The position numbers and the translations under genes are program-made. Shown here piece by piece: positions 16,708-26,114 of a stretch of DNA of 64,000 nt (positions are counted from its first letter, which is position 1; each line of letters begins with the position of its first letter). The stretch is from an uncultured virus (IMG/VR IMGVR_UViG_3300023180_000023) (Duplodnaviria; Heunggongvirae; Uroviricota; Caudoviricetes), in IMG/VR virus record IMGVR_UViG_3300023180_000023; one strand, 5' to 3'. The notes below the pieces were generated by a model that saw only the letters and a list, made by a program, of their open reading frames with translations, was not told the DNA's origin and did no database searches.

Positions 16708-17856
16708 TTAATCTTCTTCTGATGAAACGTCTATGGACATTGATCTACTTTGTATATATTCATCCGAAAATACTCCAGCACGAACTCCTCTGACTACACT
16801 ACCTTTATACTCTACATCATCAGATAAAGATGGGTCTTTATAAGAAACGGTTCTGTATTCTTCACCTTGTCTAGCAAACAAAGTTGGTTCATAAGTGCCG
16901 TTCAAATCATTAATTTGACCCCTGTCAAGTAATTTAGTTGTAAAATCCATACGAAGTTTTGCCCTTTTTCTTTTAGTTGCTCGTTCTATAATAGTTAAAT
17001 TTACCTGCCCTTGAGCAAACAAATTTATATTATTAGACGACAATCTATCTGCACCATTGTCAAAATCTTTACCAAACACAGCACGTTGTTTGAGGTTAGT
17101 GTCTTTGATTTTCATGTAGTATCCTCTACCATAAAAATCAGTTTCTTGCTTTTCAGAAATTATTTTTCTAAATTCAACTACTTGTTCATGATCATGAATG
17201 GAATCTCCAGCACGACTAGAGATTCCAGAATACTGTTGGAAAGATCTAGCAGTATTTCCATCTTTATGTGAGATGAAAAATTTAGCAGCGCCGTTTACAT
17301 CTATTCCAACAAAATCTGCTTTATGCCCAAAAGGACCAGGAACCATTCCAATAATGTTTTGATACAAATCACCTTTAATTAACACATGTACTGGAGATCC
17401 TCGCCCAAGATCTTCTAGTTTATCATTAAACTTTTTGATAATCTCATACTCAGTTGCATTGTCTGGAGTTCCGTTAATATACGTTGCTTGAGGATTATTA
17501 TTCTTAAAATTCTCAAGCAACGTATTTCTAAATCCAGTTTTTAACCACGCATTTCCTATAAGAGGTTTAATTAAAATCCTAGTGAGTACAGATAAACCCT
17601 TTATCTCAAACGATAGAACCGTACTAGATCCTTGGGTACTCCATTCCCATGGGATCCCCTTTGTGTTTAAGAACTCTTGCATAGAATCATGAAGAGAGGT
17701 TCTATCTTTTGTTCTCATAACTATGTTATGAAGGGCACTAGAACTTTTTGGAGCAAAAGCTCCAGTCGATGGAATGCCAGATGTTCTTGGATCGTATCGA
17801 CTAGAACTTATTGTACTCGAAATCAAACTCCAAAGTTCTTGGGGAGTGGTTGGCAT
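16708..17856 (-). CDS. Hypothetical protein, possible PD-(D/E)xK-like nuclease
   Basis: KADFV...FISHK...FQQYSGIS; lower GC; ATAAATA upstream. Confidence 0.55.
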   Translation of the reverse strand: MPTTPQELWSLISSTISSSRYDPRTSGIPSTGAFAPKSSSALHNIVMRTKDRTSLHDSMQEFLNTKGIPWEWSTQGSSTVLSFEIKGLSVLTRILIKPLIGNAWLKTGFRNTLLENFKNNNPQATYINGTPDNATEYEIIKKFNDKLEDLGRGSPVHVLIKGDLYQNIIGMVPGPFGHKADFVGIDVNGAAKFFISHKDGNTARSFQQYSGISSRAGDSIHDHEQVVEFRKIISEKQETDFYGRGYYMKIKDTNLKQRAVFGKDFDNGADRLSSNNINLFAQGQVNLTIIERATKRKRAKLRMDFTTKLLDRGQINDLNGTYEPTLFARQGEEYRTVSYKDPSLSDDVEYKGSVVRGVRAGVFSDEYIQSRSMSIDVSSEED

Positions 17857-17868
17857 TTTTACTTTTAT

Positions 17869-18279
17869 TTATCTGTCGCCTTGCTTACGATTCTCTGAGA
17901 AGTAAACATCAAAGGCACCTTCAGGATAACGTTTCTGAAGTTTATTGACGTTAGTTTCAACCACTTCATCAAAAGAAACTTCTAGTGCCATACATGCTTG
18001 AGCAACGTACCACATAAGGTCACCCAACTCAATAATAAGATGCTCTCGATTATCGTCGTTCCAAGGTTTACCTTGGAAAACCATCTTCTTAATGATCTCA
18101 AGGAACTCACCACCTTCAGCATTAATACCAACCCCAGCAGTAAGCAGTCGTTCAATATTGGCACCCTGACGATCCAACTCGCCAATTCGATCAGCAAAAT
18201 CAACAAAATTTGTTGAGCACTTAGAAGTAACTGCTGCCACAAATTCTGCATAACGATCAAAATCAATATGCTTAGTCAA
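17869..18279 (-). CDS. mazG: MazG nucleotide pyrophosphohydrolase
   Basis: EGGEFLEIIKK, ELGDLMWY, NVNKLQKRYP; probable TTG start after GGAGG. Confidence 0.92.
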   Translation of the reverse strand: MTKHIDFDRYAEFVAAVTSKCSTNFVDFADRIGELDRQGANIERLLTAGVGINAEGGEFLEIIKKMVFQGKPWNDDNREHLIIELGDLMWYVAQACMALEVSFDEVVETNVNKLQKRYPEGAFDVYFSENRKQGDR

Positions 18280-19639
18280 AAGTAAATCCTCCAAATTTGT
18301 TTTTGTTAGTAGGGGTTTCGTCGTCATTATCACCTGCATCCAGGATGTCGTTCTGGGCAGATTGCTCACAATCATACAACCTCATCTTGGATCTGTCAAT
18401 ACCTATGGCAAACCTCTTATTGACAGTGATGTCGTTGTAACGATTCTTTAATTGTTTTACAAGTATCTGCCCGAGTTGCTCCGATTCTTCAGTGCTAATA
18501 AGGGCAAACATAAGATCAGCAGTAGCAGGGAGACCAAAGGACTCAGAAGTGTCAGTAAGGTCAACATCAGTGCTGCCATAACCGCTGCGAGTGGTTTGAG
18601 TAGCAGAGACGATTGGCACATTTTGTTCCACAGCAAGACCACGAAGTTCTTCTGCAATTCCCTTAACCAAGGTGTACGAGTTAACAAAACTTGCCTTGAA
18701 TCTTTGTGAAGTACAGATATTAAGGTAATCCACAAATATAATATCGGGTCTAAAACCTTTCTTGAGAGACAGATCACTAATAAGAGACCTAAAATGTCCC
18801 ACATGGGCAGATGCAGTAGGATATTCTTTAATGATAAGTTTACCATTGGTCTTCTTCATCAAGTTAGTAACCTTACTCTCATACATTTTATGAGGTAAAG
18901 TAGCAAGATCTCGAATAGGAACACCAAGCAAGTTAGCATCAATACGTTCTGCAATCCTTTCTTCTGCCATCTCACAAGTAATGTATAGTACATTCTTACC
19001 TTGGAGAAGACATGCTGCTGCTACGTGGCACATGAACAAAGATTTACCCACACCAGTACCAGCGAGGGCAATGTTTAATGATTTATTAGGAAGACCACCC
19101 TTAGTGATCTTATTAAACATTGCTAAATCAAAAGGCATCTTTGCTTCTACAGTATTGTAGAAATCATATCTCTCTTGATAATCCCCTAAGTAATCGTGAC
19201 CAATCCTATTATCAAAAGAAACAGCAATAGCATCAGAAAGAATAGAAGGTATAGAACCTTTATCTCTTTCCTTATCATCACCATCAGCAATTTTAATACT
19301 ATCAAGTAATGCAAGATAGATGGCACGATTACGACACCACTCTTCTGTTGTATCTAGCAACCATTGGAAATCACATTGCTCATCTTCTAAGTTTTGTATG
19401 GACGCACTGACATTCTTGAAAGTGTCATCACTCAGATGAGATGCTGCTTGGAGATCAACCTCCAGAGATTCTTTGGTTGGGCACTTTTCATACTTCTCAA
19501 TGAAAGTTTTGATCAATTTGAAAAGTGTTACGTTAGTGTCCGACTCAAAGTAAGACACCTTCAAATATGGAAACACTTGACGACGATATTCGTCGTTACA
19601 TACAAGGTTTTTTAAAATTGTAAATTCAAGTGAATTCAT
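18272..19639 (-). CDS. gp41: Replicative DnaB-like helicase
   Basis: AGTGVGKS, EMAEERIAERIDAN, VDYLN, SESFGLPATAD. Confidence 0.97.
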   Translation of the reverse strand: MNSLEFTILKNLVCNDEYRRQVFPYLKVSYFESDTNVTLFKLIKTFIEKYEKCPTKESLEVDLQAASHLSDDTFKNVSASIQNLEDEQCDFQWLLDTTEEWCRNRAIYLALLDSIKIADGDDKERDKGSIPSILSDAIAVSFDNRIGHDYLGDYQERYDFYNTVEAKMPFDLAMFNKITKGGLPNKSLNIALAGTGVGKSLFMCHVAAACLLQGKNVLYITCEMAEERIAERIDANLLGVPIRDLATLPHKMYESKVTNLMKKTNGKLIIKEYPTASAHVGHFRSLISDLSLKKGFRPDIIFVDYLNICTSQRFKASFVNSYTLVKGIAEELRGLAVEQNVPIVSATQTTRSGYGSTDVDLTDTSESFGLPATADLMFALISTEESEQLGQILVKQLKNRYNDITVNKRFAIGIDRSKMRLYDCEQSAQNDILDAGDNDDETPTNKNKFGGFTFD

Positions 19640-20187
19640 AAGTAATGCAAATAAGTGCTTAGAATGTATTTGTCCTCACTTATTGTAGGGTTTCCCCTGT
19701 GAGGTATCATCCATAGCGGAGGGAACACGATCATTCTACCACGCTTTGGTCTGATAAATTTATTGATTCCAGCAAAATAAGTTTCTCCACCCTTCTCTAC
19801 ATCATTTAAGTAGATCAGGAATGTAAGAAACCTTCTTGCGGATACATGATCCCCAACATCGACATGGGTATCAAATTGATCTGTAGTGCCTTTCCTATAT
19901 TTCTTTACCCGTGGATACTCATATGTGTACCTCCCAGGTAACCATTCATCACAATCAACTTGATCCACGTACTTGTCTAGGAATGGATTGAGTTTATGAA
20001 TACATTCTTGAACCATTGATTCATCAAACACGTATTCATGAAATCTTGGTTTCAATTCATGGTCTATGAATTTTGCCTTTCCAGAATCAATACCACTATT
20101 GATATATTCAATCAAAAAGTCGCAGTAAGATTCTGAAAAGACATTATCATATACTCTAATGAAATCTTCAATACTACTCAATGCCAT
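19636..20187 (-). CDS. 2OG-Fe(II) oxygenase
   Basis: HVD...YLNDVEKGGET...FPP.W..PH.G...KY. Confidence 0.9.
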   Translation of the reverse strand: MALSSIEDFIRVYDNVFSESYCDFLIEYINSGIDSGKAKFIDHELKPRFHEYVFDESMVQECIHKLNPFLDKYVDQVDCDEWLPGRYTYEYPRVKKYRKGTTDQFDTHVDVGDHVSARRFLTFLIYLNDVEKGGETYFAGINKFIRPKRGRMIVFPPLWMIPHRGNPTISEDKYILSTYLHYL

Positions 20188-21181
20188 ACTTAAACTCCTG
20201 CTCTGCTGCCCAATCAAGTTTCTCCATTATTTCTTCGGTGAAATATTTTTCGGGATCAGCAAGTACAGCAGAAGGATAAACAGAGGATTCGTTAATAACG
20301 ACACGATTGCCCTTGCGCTCGAATACTCCGTACTTCTCACCCAGTTCCAATAATCCATAGTACTTGTCAAGACCACGGGCATCGAAGAAGAGTCGAGTTG
20401 CAACTTGGGAGTTCTCCTTTGTAAAACGAGATTTGTTTGCTTTAACTTTAATAATATTTCCTACAACATCAGTGCCATCTTTCTCTTTCGATTTAGAAAG
20501 ATGAATGATTGTAGAAGCAGCATACTTAAGACCACTGCCGCCCCCCATGTCGGTTTGTTCTCCATAGGGATTCATCGTTTTATATGTATGATTGGTTACA
20601 ATCATAGGAACTCTCAGTTTACCAAGTTTACTGGTAATGATTCTGAATACTGACTTAATGACTTGAGATTTAGTCATGTCTCGAACTTGTTTATCAGACA
20701 AGGCATCATCAAGTTCTTTTGCTGATGCCAACATGCCAAGAGAATCCAAGATAATCAAAAGAGGTTTACGATCCTCTTCCTTTGTCTTGAGAAGATTATC
20801 AAGGATGCGAATGATTTGAGTACGAAACTCTTCAATAGTGTCTACTGGAAAGTGCCATGCACGCTCTGGATCAATACCCCTGTTCTTGAAAAGATCTGAA
20901 GTTGCTGCTGCTTCACTATCAAAATAGAAAACTGCACCATCAGGATTATTGTCAAGGAAGTTCTTAGCAATAGCAATTGCATAAAAAGTTTTGCCAGTTG
21001 CCTGTTCACCTGCAATAGCAGTGACTCGGTTGTCAGGTATTCCACCATGAATACTGCCACTCAACATGGCGTTAAGGATATAAGATCCCGTAGGAATGTA
21101 TCCCTGTTCGGTAGATGATTCCGAAACTACTTTAGCATATTCATTCTTTGCCTCTTTGGCAAGTGTTTCAAAAATACTCAT
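20174..21181 (-). CDS. uvsX: RecA-like recombinase
   Basis: GEQATGKT, DSLGML, GGGSGLKYAAS. Confidence 0.95.
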   Translation of the reverse strand: MSIFETLAKEAKNEYAKVVSESSTEQGYIPTGSYILNAMLSGSIHGGIPDNRVTAIAGEQATGKTFYAIAIAKNFLDNNPDGAVFYFDSEAAATSDLFKNRGIDPERAWHFPVDTIEEFRTQIIRILDNLLKTKEEDRKPLLIILDSLGMLASAKELDDALSDKQVRDMTKSQVIKSVFRIITSKLGKLRVPMIVTNHTYKTMNPYGEQTDMGGGSGLKYAASTIIHLSKSKEKDGTDVVGNIIKVKANKSRFTKENSQVATRLFFDARGLDKYYGLLELGEKYGVFERKGNRVVINESSVYPSAVLADPEKYFTEEIMEKLDWAAEQEFKYGIE

Positions 21182-23673
21182 GCGAATAGAAACTCCAAGT
21201 TAACTTCTTTTTCTGTTTTCCAACCAATCACGTCAAGAATAATCTTGAGTGGATCCAAGAATGATTTTTGAAATTGCATCTTGTAATCGATGTTCTTGCT
21301 TATGTTAATTTCACCAGGGAAATTAGAAATAAACGAGATGACATTTTCACCAAGAATGTTAGGTGTTTGCAGATATACAAACTTAATCTTTTCCCCCTCT
21401 TGGATCAAAGGATACTTGTGAATAAGTTTGTTCTTTTTGAGTTGGAAGTTGTAGAGGAGAGAACCTCGTACATGGATTGGGCAACTCTTCTTATACAGGG
21501 TAGCATCTCCCTTCCACTTTGTCAATCCATTCACGCTCCGAGGGAACGCAATCTGCTCAGGTGGCATTTGATAAAAGTCACTTTTAAATTTGTCAATGAA
21601 CTTAATCAAATCCTCTTCCGTTCGAGTCATGATAATATTGAGTGCTTCTTTAATCTTAGTCCTACAAGGTGCAGGAGTGGAAGATTTAACTGCTTCAATA
21701 CCCATCATCTTCAGTTTAGGTTCTGCATAGCGGACACCTTCACTGTCCCAAACATTTAGAATGTAGCGTTTCTTTGCTGTCCAAATTCCTTTGTCAGCAA
21801 TGTTCTCACGCTTCATAATCATCTTTTGCTCATATGCCGAAACATAATCCGCAAGTTCCTGATAACTGGATTCGATGAACGGTTCCAATTTGTCCTGACA
21901 GATCTTATCCAATATGGAAACAATTGCTGCTTTATCGCCAGACCTAGCACTAAAGAATTTATCAACAAGAGGTCCAAGATTAAGATAGATTGAGTCGGTA
22001 TCGCTAGCGATAACATAATCGACTTCCTCCGTTTTTAACAGGTTATTTAGGTAACCATTCATCTTATTCTCAATCCAGCGGATTGATACCTGACCAGAGA
22101 GCGTAATCGCTTCTGCATTGGCAAGCTTGTAATACCTGAAATACTGGTTGCCAATAGCACCATAAGCACTGTTAAGTTGAATCTTACGTGCCATCTGGAT
22201 GTTATTGAATTTAGAAATGTCCTTAATAAGTTGAGGATCTTTCGTATTCTCATATTCTTGCTTGGCAACAAGCATCTTCTTTTTGTAAATCTTTCGTTCA
22301 TTGTAAATCTTTTCCATCAATTCAGGAAGAAATCCACGAACATCTTTCTTGTATTGTGCCCCATTAGCACAAACACAATTGTCACCATCAATTTCAACCT
22401 TCTTATTAAGAATGCGATCTACTGTTGCTGATGGGTGTCTGTTTTCAAGTAACGTCTCTGGCGAGATGTTGTACTGCATAATGAGGTGAGGGTATAGGGA
22501 GTTGAGATCAAAAGAGACCACCCATTCATAAAGACCTGGAACGGGTTCTTTAACATACGCCCCAGCGTACTTTGAATCTTTGTCATTTTTTTCATTGGGA
22601 GGAACAACAATACCTTTCGGTGTAAGATAGTTATAAATGATACTATCCCACATACGTACCTGATAGTAAACATCTTCAAAATTAACCTTAGCATCATATG
22701 CAAGATTAATTGCAAGATCAATTAGTTTCATCTTGTCTTCCAAACGGTCAACAAGTTCCACGTCATGAATGTTATACGTAACAAACTTCTGCCAATTCTG
22801 AGTATAAAAATCCCTAAAGGTTTCAAACTCAGAGTGATCTAGTTTCTGCTCGCCCAGTTCGACATTGGCGATATGGTCAAGTCGATAGGATTCTTGGTTA
22901 GTGTATGTAAACTTTTGATAAAGATCAAGATAGTCAAGGACACTGACACCAATGATATCGTAAACAATATTAACTCTGCCTTTAATTTCAACTTCCTTTT
23001 CATAAACCTTGTTCCAAGGAGAAAGAGATTTCATGTGTTTTGTAGAAAGAATCCTATCAACCCTCCTACAAATATATGGAACGTCGAACAGTTTGACGTT
23101 CCACCCAGTCAAAATATCTGGGGTATTCTGTGCCCACCATGCAAGAAAATCTTTCAGCATGTCTTCTTCTTTCCAGAAGACACGATACTCAACGTCACTC
23201 CGAGAGTTTTCATACTCACGGGTTCCCCACACAATTAATTTCTTGGAAGAGAAATCTTTTACAGTAAGGCAAAGAATTTCTTCTGAGGTTTCTCTAATAT
23301 TTGGAAATCCATTCTCAGAAGATGTCTCAATATCAATCGTATAAATCCTCAGCAAAGAAGAATCATAGTCGATTTGTTCTTCAGTAAAATTGTCACTGAT
23401 GTATTGATACAGAAACTTATCGTTACCGTAGATTTTGAAATTGTCTACGTCTTTATACTGATCAATAAACTCTCTGGCATCTTTTACTGATTCAAAATTA
23501 ATCTTTTGGGCATATCTACCCTCAAGAGTTTTGTATTCTGTTTGCTTATTTGTTGGAGCAAACAGAACTGGAGAGAAAGATTCTTCATATTGAACACGTT
23601 CATCGTTTTCATATCCAATGTAGAGAATCTTATCTCCACTCAAAAACACATTACTGTAGAAGTTCTTCGTCAT
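21178..23673 (-). CDS. gp43: Family B DNA polymerase
   Basis: DIET exonuclease, FDLNSLYP, KIQLNSAYG, SDTDS; start MTKNFY. Confidence 0.98.
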   Translation of the reverse strand: MTKNFYSNVFLSGDKILYIGYENDERVQYEESFSPVLFAPTNKQTEYKTLEGRYAQKINFESVKDAREFIDQYKDVDNFKIYGNDKFLYQYISDNFTEEQIDYDSSLLRIYTIDIETSSENGFPNIRETSEEILCLTVKDFSSKKLIVWGTREYENSRSDVEYRVFWKEEDMLKDFLAWWAQNTPDILTGWNVKLFDVPYICRRVDRILSTKHMKSLSPWNKVYEKEVEIKGRVNIVYDIIGVSVLDYLDLYQKFTYTNQESYRLDHIANVELGEQKLDHSEFETFRDFYTQNWQKFVTYNIHDVELVDRLEDKMKLIDLAINLAYDAKVNFEDVYYQVRMWDSIIYNYLTPKGIVVPPNEKNDKDSKYAGAYVKEPVPGLYEWVVSFDLNSLYPHLIMQYNISPETLLENRHPSATVDRILNKKVEIDGDNCVCANGAQYKKDVRGFLPELMEKIYNERKIYKKKMLVAKQEYENTKDPQLIKDISKFNNIQMARKIQLNSAYGAIGNQYFRYYKLANAEAITLSGQVSIRWIENKMNGYLNNLLKTEEVDYVIASDTDSIYLNLGPLVDKFFSARSGDKAAIVSILDKICQDKLEPFIESSYQELADYVSAYEQKMIMKRENIADKGIWTAKKRYILNVWDSEGVRYAEPKLKMMGIEAVKSSTPAPCRTKIKEALNIIMTRTEEDLIKFIDKFKSDFYQMPPEQIAFPRSVNGLTKWKGDATLYKKSCPIHVRGSLLYNFQLKKNKLIHKYPLIQEGEKIKFVYLQTPNILGENVISFISNFPGEINISKNIDYKMQFQKSFLDPLKIILDVIGWKTEKEVNLEFLFA

Positions 23674-23914
23674 CAGGGGGAACAAGTTTCTGGTACTTAG
23701 AGAGGATCTCTGGGTCTGGATCTGCCAGTGTAGCAAGGGATTCGGAATAAAGCAAGACATTCCTTTGCTTGGAATATCTTGGGAATTCCCTGAGTTCACC
23801 CTCTACAATCTCCATTGGGTCTGCCAAGAAGCAAGAGGGTTCCATCTCCATCTCCGAAATGTTAGAGATTAAATAAGTACCATTACGAAGTAGGATCAGT
23901 TTTATATCCATCAT
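23651..23914 (-). CDS. Hypothetical Sm-like-fold protein
   Basis: IKLILLRNGTYLIS...LADP. Confidence 0.7.
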   Translation of the reverse strand: MMDIKLILLRNGTYLISNISEMEMEPSCFLADPMEIVEGELREFPRYSKQRNVLLYSESLATLADPDPEILSKYQKLVPPDDEELLQ

Positions 23915-24312
23915 TATGCACTTTCAATAGGGGTTTCAGTAACTTCTGGAATTTCTGGGGCAGCAGGTTGATTCTGAGCAACTTCCTCATCAAGAGCAAT
24001 GTTGTTCTTTGCACAATAATCACGCAGGATATTATCATGCGGATCATAAATCGTAACTAACCAATCTGCAGGGATGATAAATGAACGCTGCTTAGAAAGA
24101 GGTGCCCAATGAGTATACCGAACAGAATACTTTGTACGTGGTGCATCTTCACCTTCTACCTGAAGTTCATCAGATTCTTCAGCGGTGAGTTGCATCACAA
24201 ATGGATTTGAAAGATGATAGGCAACGATACCTTTATTTTCAGTGTCCAAAATTTCTCTGGCGTCGGAGATAACATCCTCGCCAGATTTCAACAGCATAAC
24301 TTTAACGGTCAT
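23914..24312 (-). CDS. Hypothetical Sm-like-fold protein
   Basis: VKVMLLKSGEDVIS...NPF...WAPLS...DWLVTIYDP. Confidence 0.75.
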   Translation of the reverse strand: MTVKVMLLKSGEDVISDAREILDTENKGIVAYHLSNPFVMQLTAEESDELQVEGEDAPRTKYSVRYTHWAPLSKQRSFIIPADWLVTIYDPHDNILRDYCAKNNIALDEEVAQNQPAAPEIPEVTETPIESA

Positions 24313-25016
24313 AGCGATAACTTAGTGTCTTCTAAATGTCTAATGTGGTTTGAAAGTTTGTCAAGGTATCCACGATTGCGTAACTCTTTGAATACAAGAT
24401 TCTCAAGTGCAAACTCTCCACCTTGTTGAATGGCAGACGCCCTCATATCACGAATTCTTTTTTGAAGTTTTCTAAGAACATCAGCATCATTTGCATCGCT
24501 CTCAATGAGGTCGTCAATCTTTGCCATCATATCACGAACCTTGCGAATAAGCAAGGGGTCTGCAAGGTCAACCTTGACTTTGTTTGGTGCCATCAACCAT
24601 TTGTCTTGAGTGAGTGAATACACACCCTGGTTAGCAGGCAGTGGATCACTCTCATCTTGAGCATACAACTCAACTGGATGAGAGTAGATCTTAATGTCGT
24701 GGACAAGTGCCCACAATTTCTTTTTATCTCTTAGATAATCATCTAAGAGTTCTGGACAGTCAGCAATCTGACTCTTATCAACAACCAAATGAAGATCAAG
24801 ATCAGAGAATCTGGTGTAATTATAGTTAGCGTTACCACCAACCAGAATCATATCCTTTACAGCAGTAGCAGGAATCTTAGCAAACTCCGCCCACTTAGTT
24901 CCAATTTGTAAAAGTTTATCCTTTACTTCAGGTCTGAGTCCACCTTCATCCCAAAACTTAATATTCAATTTGTTGTGGTACATCAGGGTTAACCTGAGAG
25001 ATTGGAACGTTTTCAC
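24309..25016 (-). CDS. Pol-beta superfamily nucleotidyltransferase
   Basis: ILVGGNANYNYTRFSDLDLHLV (hG[GS]x9-13DhD) plus third carboxylate in VELYAQD. Confidence 0.8.
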   Translation of the reverse strand: MKTFQSLRLTLMYHNKLNIKFWDEGGLRPEVKDKLLQIGTKWAEFAKIPATAVKDMILVGGNANYNYTRFSDLDLHLVVDKSQIADCPELLDDYLRDKKKLWALVHDIKIYSHPVELYAQDESDPLPANQGVYSLTQDKWLMAPNKVKVDLADPLLIRKVRDMMAKIDDLIESDANDADVLRKLQKRIRDMRASAIQQGGEFALENLVFKELRNRGYLDKLSNHIRHLEDTKLSL

Positions 25017-25037
25017 TGTTCGACTGTCACTTTATTA

Positions 25038-25403
25038 TTATTTATCTTCTTCAGTTTCAGTCATCACTGTTTCTTCAGGTTGTGTCATCTTTACAAAACT
25101 CTCGACAATACTCATCATAGGATCTGAGATAGAGATAACCCAATCTGGATTTACTGCAATTTGATTATCAGGAGTAAAAGGATTCCAACGAGAAAGAAGA
25201 ATTTTATACTGACCTTTGATACTTTGCCTTGCTTCAGGATCGTCAATATCAAATTCAAGTTCAGAACCTTCAAGAGGTTCGATCTTTACGCAATAAGGAT
25301 TGTTAAAAACAAACGCCTGCCTGCGTTGTTGATCGTCAACTGCTTCTTGCAATTCAGTCACAACATATTCCCCAGATTTAAGGGATACAATTTTTACCGC
25401 CAT
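25038..25403 (-). CDS. Hypothetical Sm-like-fold protein
   Basis: VKIVSLKSGEYVVT...NPY...WNPFT...DWVISISDP. Confidence 0.75.
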   Translation of the reverse strand: MAVKIVSLKSGEYVVTELQEAVDDQQRRQAFVFNNPYCVKIEPLEGSELEFDIDDPEARQSIKGQYKILLSRWNPFTPDNQIAVNPDWVISISDPMMSIVESFVKMTQPEETVMTETEEDK

Positions 25404-25426
25404 TTTGATACAAAGGTTGAATTACT

Positions 25427-25460
25427 ATTATAAAAGGGTCTCAACCATTTGTCAAGACCC
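25427..25460 (-). promoter_or_regulatory. sigma70 promoter TTGACA-17-TATAAT embedded in the hsp20 terminator
   Basis: GGGTCTTGACaaatgGTTGAGACCC-TTTTATAAT. Confidence 0.8.
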
Positions 25461-25470
25461 TTAACATTAT

Positions 25471-25917
25471 TTATTGAATCTCATAAACCTTTCGCTTCTG
25501 GTGCTCAGGTACGATTCTATTCAATTCAATAATCAACATACCATTCTCAAATTTAACTTCTCCGACTTCTACATCGTCAGATAAGTTGAATCCTCTAGCG
25601 AAGGTGCGAGTCGCAACCCCACGGTGCATGTACTCACCGTCTCCTTTATCCTTCGCTGCCTTGGACGAGATGATTAGAACATTGGTTTCGGTGCTGACTT
25701 CAATGTCATCTTTTGACCATCCCGCAAGTGCTAGTTCGATCCTCCACTTTGTCTCTGAATCTTTTACCAGATTATAAGGGGGATACGAATTCTGTGGTGT
25801 ACCCATTCCATACGAATGAAGTCGATAGAAAAGGTCATCGTAACCGACACTGAATCTTTCTACAGCATCGACAATGGCACCCAAATCTTTGGTGCCGAAC
25901 TTTCTAAGTCCAGTCAT
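25471..25917 (-). CDS. hsp20: Small heat shock protein
   Basis: YPPYNL, ELALAG, YMHRGVATRTF, NGMLII, PEHQK. Confidence 0.95.
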   Translation of the reverse strand: MTGLRKFGTKDLGAIVDAVERFSVGYDDLFYRLHSYGMGTPQNSYPPYNLVKDSETKWRIELALAGWSKDDIEVSTETNVLIISSKAAKDKGDGEYMHRGVATRTFARGFNLSDDVEVGEVKFENGMLIIELNRIVPEHQKRKVYEIQ

Positions 25918-25970
25918 TATGGTAGCTCCTTTAAAAGCGAGTTTGTGTTTTGAGGACCCCGAAGGCATCC
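25918..25970 (-). promoter_or_regulatory. hsp20 leader, ROSE-like RNA thermometer candidate
   Basis: CUUCGG hairpin, then CUCGCUUUUAAAGGAG pairing UCGCU with the SD. Confidence 0.55.
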
Positions 25971-25991
25971 ATAGTATATATTACTCAATAC

Positions 25992-26070
25992 AAAAATAGT
26001 GGCACAGTAATAACCGTACCACTATGTAGGGTGTTCCGACTTTCGTAGAGACCGCACGAAAGGTCTCAGA
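25992..26070 (-). ncRNA. Candidate late small RNA with H-type pseudoknot and terminator
   Basis: ATAAATA 26079-26073; GAGACC-TTTCGTGC-GGTCTC-T-ACGAAA; 13-bp hairpin plus TTTT. Confidence 0.55.
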
Positions 26071-26114
26071 GTTATTTATGCCTAAATAATTTTAGTTGAT
26101 ACAAAGACCAAAAA

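Noticed and set aside
9941..23673. Introns or inteins in nrdA, gp41, uvsX and gp43 (also gp17 and psbA)
   Set aside because: All are uninterrupted and of ordinary length, with no splicing motifs seen.
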